From positions 2,709 through 37,305 of the forward strand of contig CAZDTM010000001.1 of NCBI GenBank assembly GCA_964508385.1: a stretch of DNA of 34,597 bases. The letters are read 5' to 3'. The position numbers were made by a program, and so were the translations under genes. The notes under the pieces are model-generated. The model was not told where the DNA came from. It made no database searches and saw only the letters and a program-made list of their open reading frames with translations. Positions 34,335 through 34,597 of this stretch are shown piece after piece (within the stretch, counting starts at the first letter, position 1; every line of letters begins with the position of its first letter). The DNA is from Candidatus Woesearchaeota archaeon. Its GTDB lineage: Archaea > Nanobdellota > Nanobdellia > SCGC-AAA011-G17 > UBA489.

Positions 34335-34597
34335 AACTTCATTGAGACTAATTTTTTGACGCGCATCTCAGTAGACGGATGTGTGCTGAACATGTTTACC
34401 ATGCTTCTTCCAGAGAATGGATTAATAATAAAAAGAGAAGACGTTGTTGGACTCCCGAACTGCAATGGAATCTTGCGCGATGCTCCCTCTATCTTTCTCA
34501 GGGCGCTTGCTAATGCGCTTCCATCTTTGAGCAAGTTGGCACCCGATGCGTCTGCCATGTACTCACGTCTTCTTGAGAGTGCCATCTGAAGAATCAT
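34331..34597 (-). CDS. htpX: HtpX-like M48 zinc metalloprotease, C-terminal fragment (continues beyond the window)
   Basis: SRRREYMADASGANL...ALRKI......FSTHPSTEMRVKKL is the typical C-terminal part of M48/HtpX. The HEXXH motif would lie outside the window. Confidence 0.65.
   Translation of the reverse strand: MILQMALSRRREYMADASGANLLKDGSALASALRKIEGASRKIPLQFGSPTTSSLFIINPFSGRSMVNMFSTHPSTEMRVKKLVSMKF

Overview
Archaeal chromosomal window, densely coding. Nearly every gene between 0.7 and 31.4 kb lies on the minus strand.

Backbone (information-processing genes):
- Sm-like protein plus ribosomal protein L37e.
- Three tRNAs: Leu-UAG, Val-GAC, and a Thr-UGU with an apparent 12-nt intron.
- Topoisomerase VI subunits B and A, aIF-1A, a Dim2-like KH protein, aIF-2 beta, DUF424, MCM, TBP and IleRS.
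- RFC small and large subunits, a mini OB-fold SSB, and a partial HtpX.

Top6B and MCM are each interrupted by a LAGLIDADG-type intein with Ser at position 1. Several genes have TTTAAATA or TTTATAAA boxes about 25-30 nt upstream of the start codon, which suggests leaderless mRNAs. Housekeeping proteins are short and gene overlaps are tight, so I infer a streamlined, possibly DPANN-like archaeon. This is not proven.

Accessory content:
1. An 8.6 kb, apparently translationally coupled four-gene operon (702-9328). It encodes a 63-aa wHTH protein, a 665-aa protein with a type-IV-pilin-like (class III) signal peptide, a 1900-aa secreted giant with a Cys-rich, hydrophobic/Gly-rich module, and a polytopic membrane protein. 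I recognise no named family in any of the four. This is the best candidate for an undescribed surface or host-contact system.
2. An S-layer-like 766-aa protein with a duplicated Cys module.
3. A membrane-anchored wHTH regulator next to a secreted Cys-rich protein.
4. An ORF-free, structure-rich region of about 350-400 bp between two tRNAs, probably an unassigned structured RNA.

No CRISPR array, rRNA, transposase or recognisable defence genes were seen.
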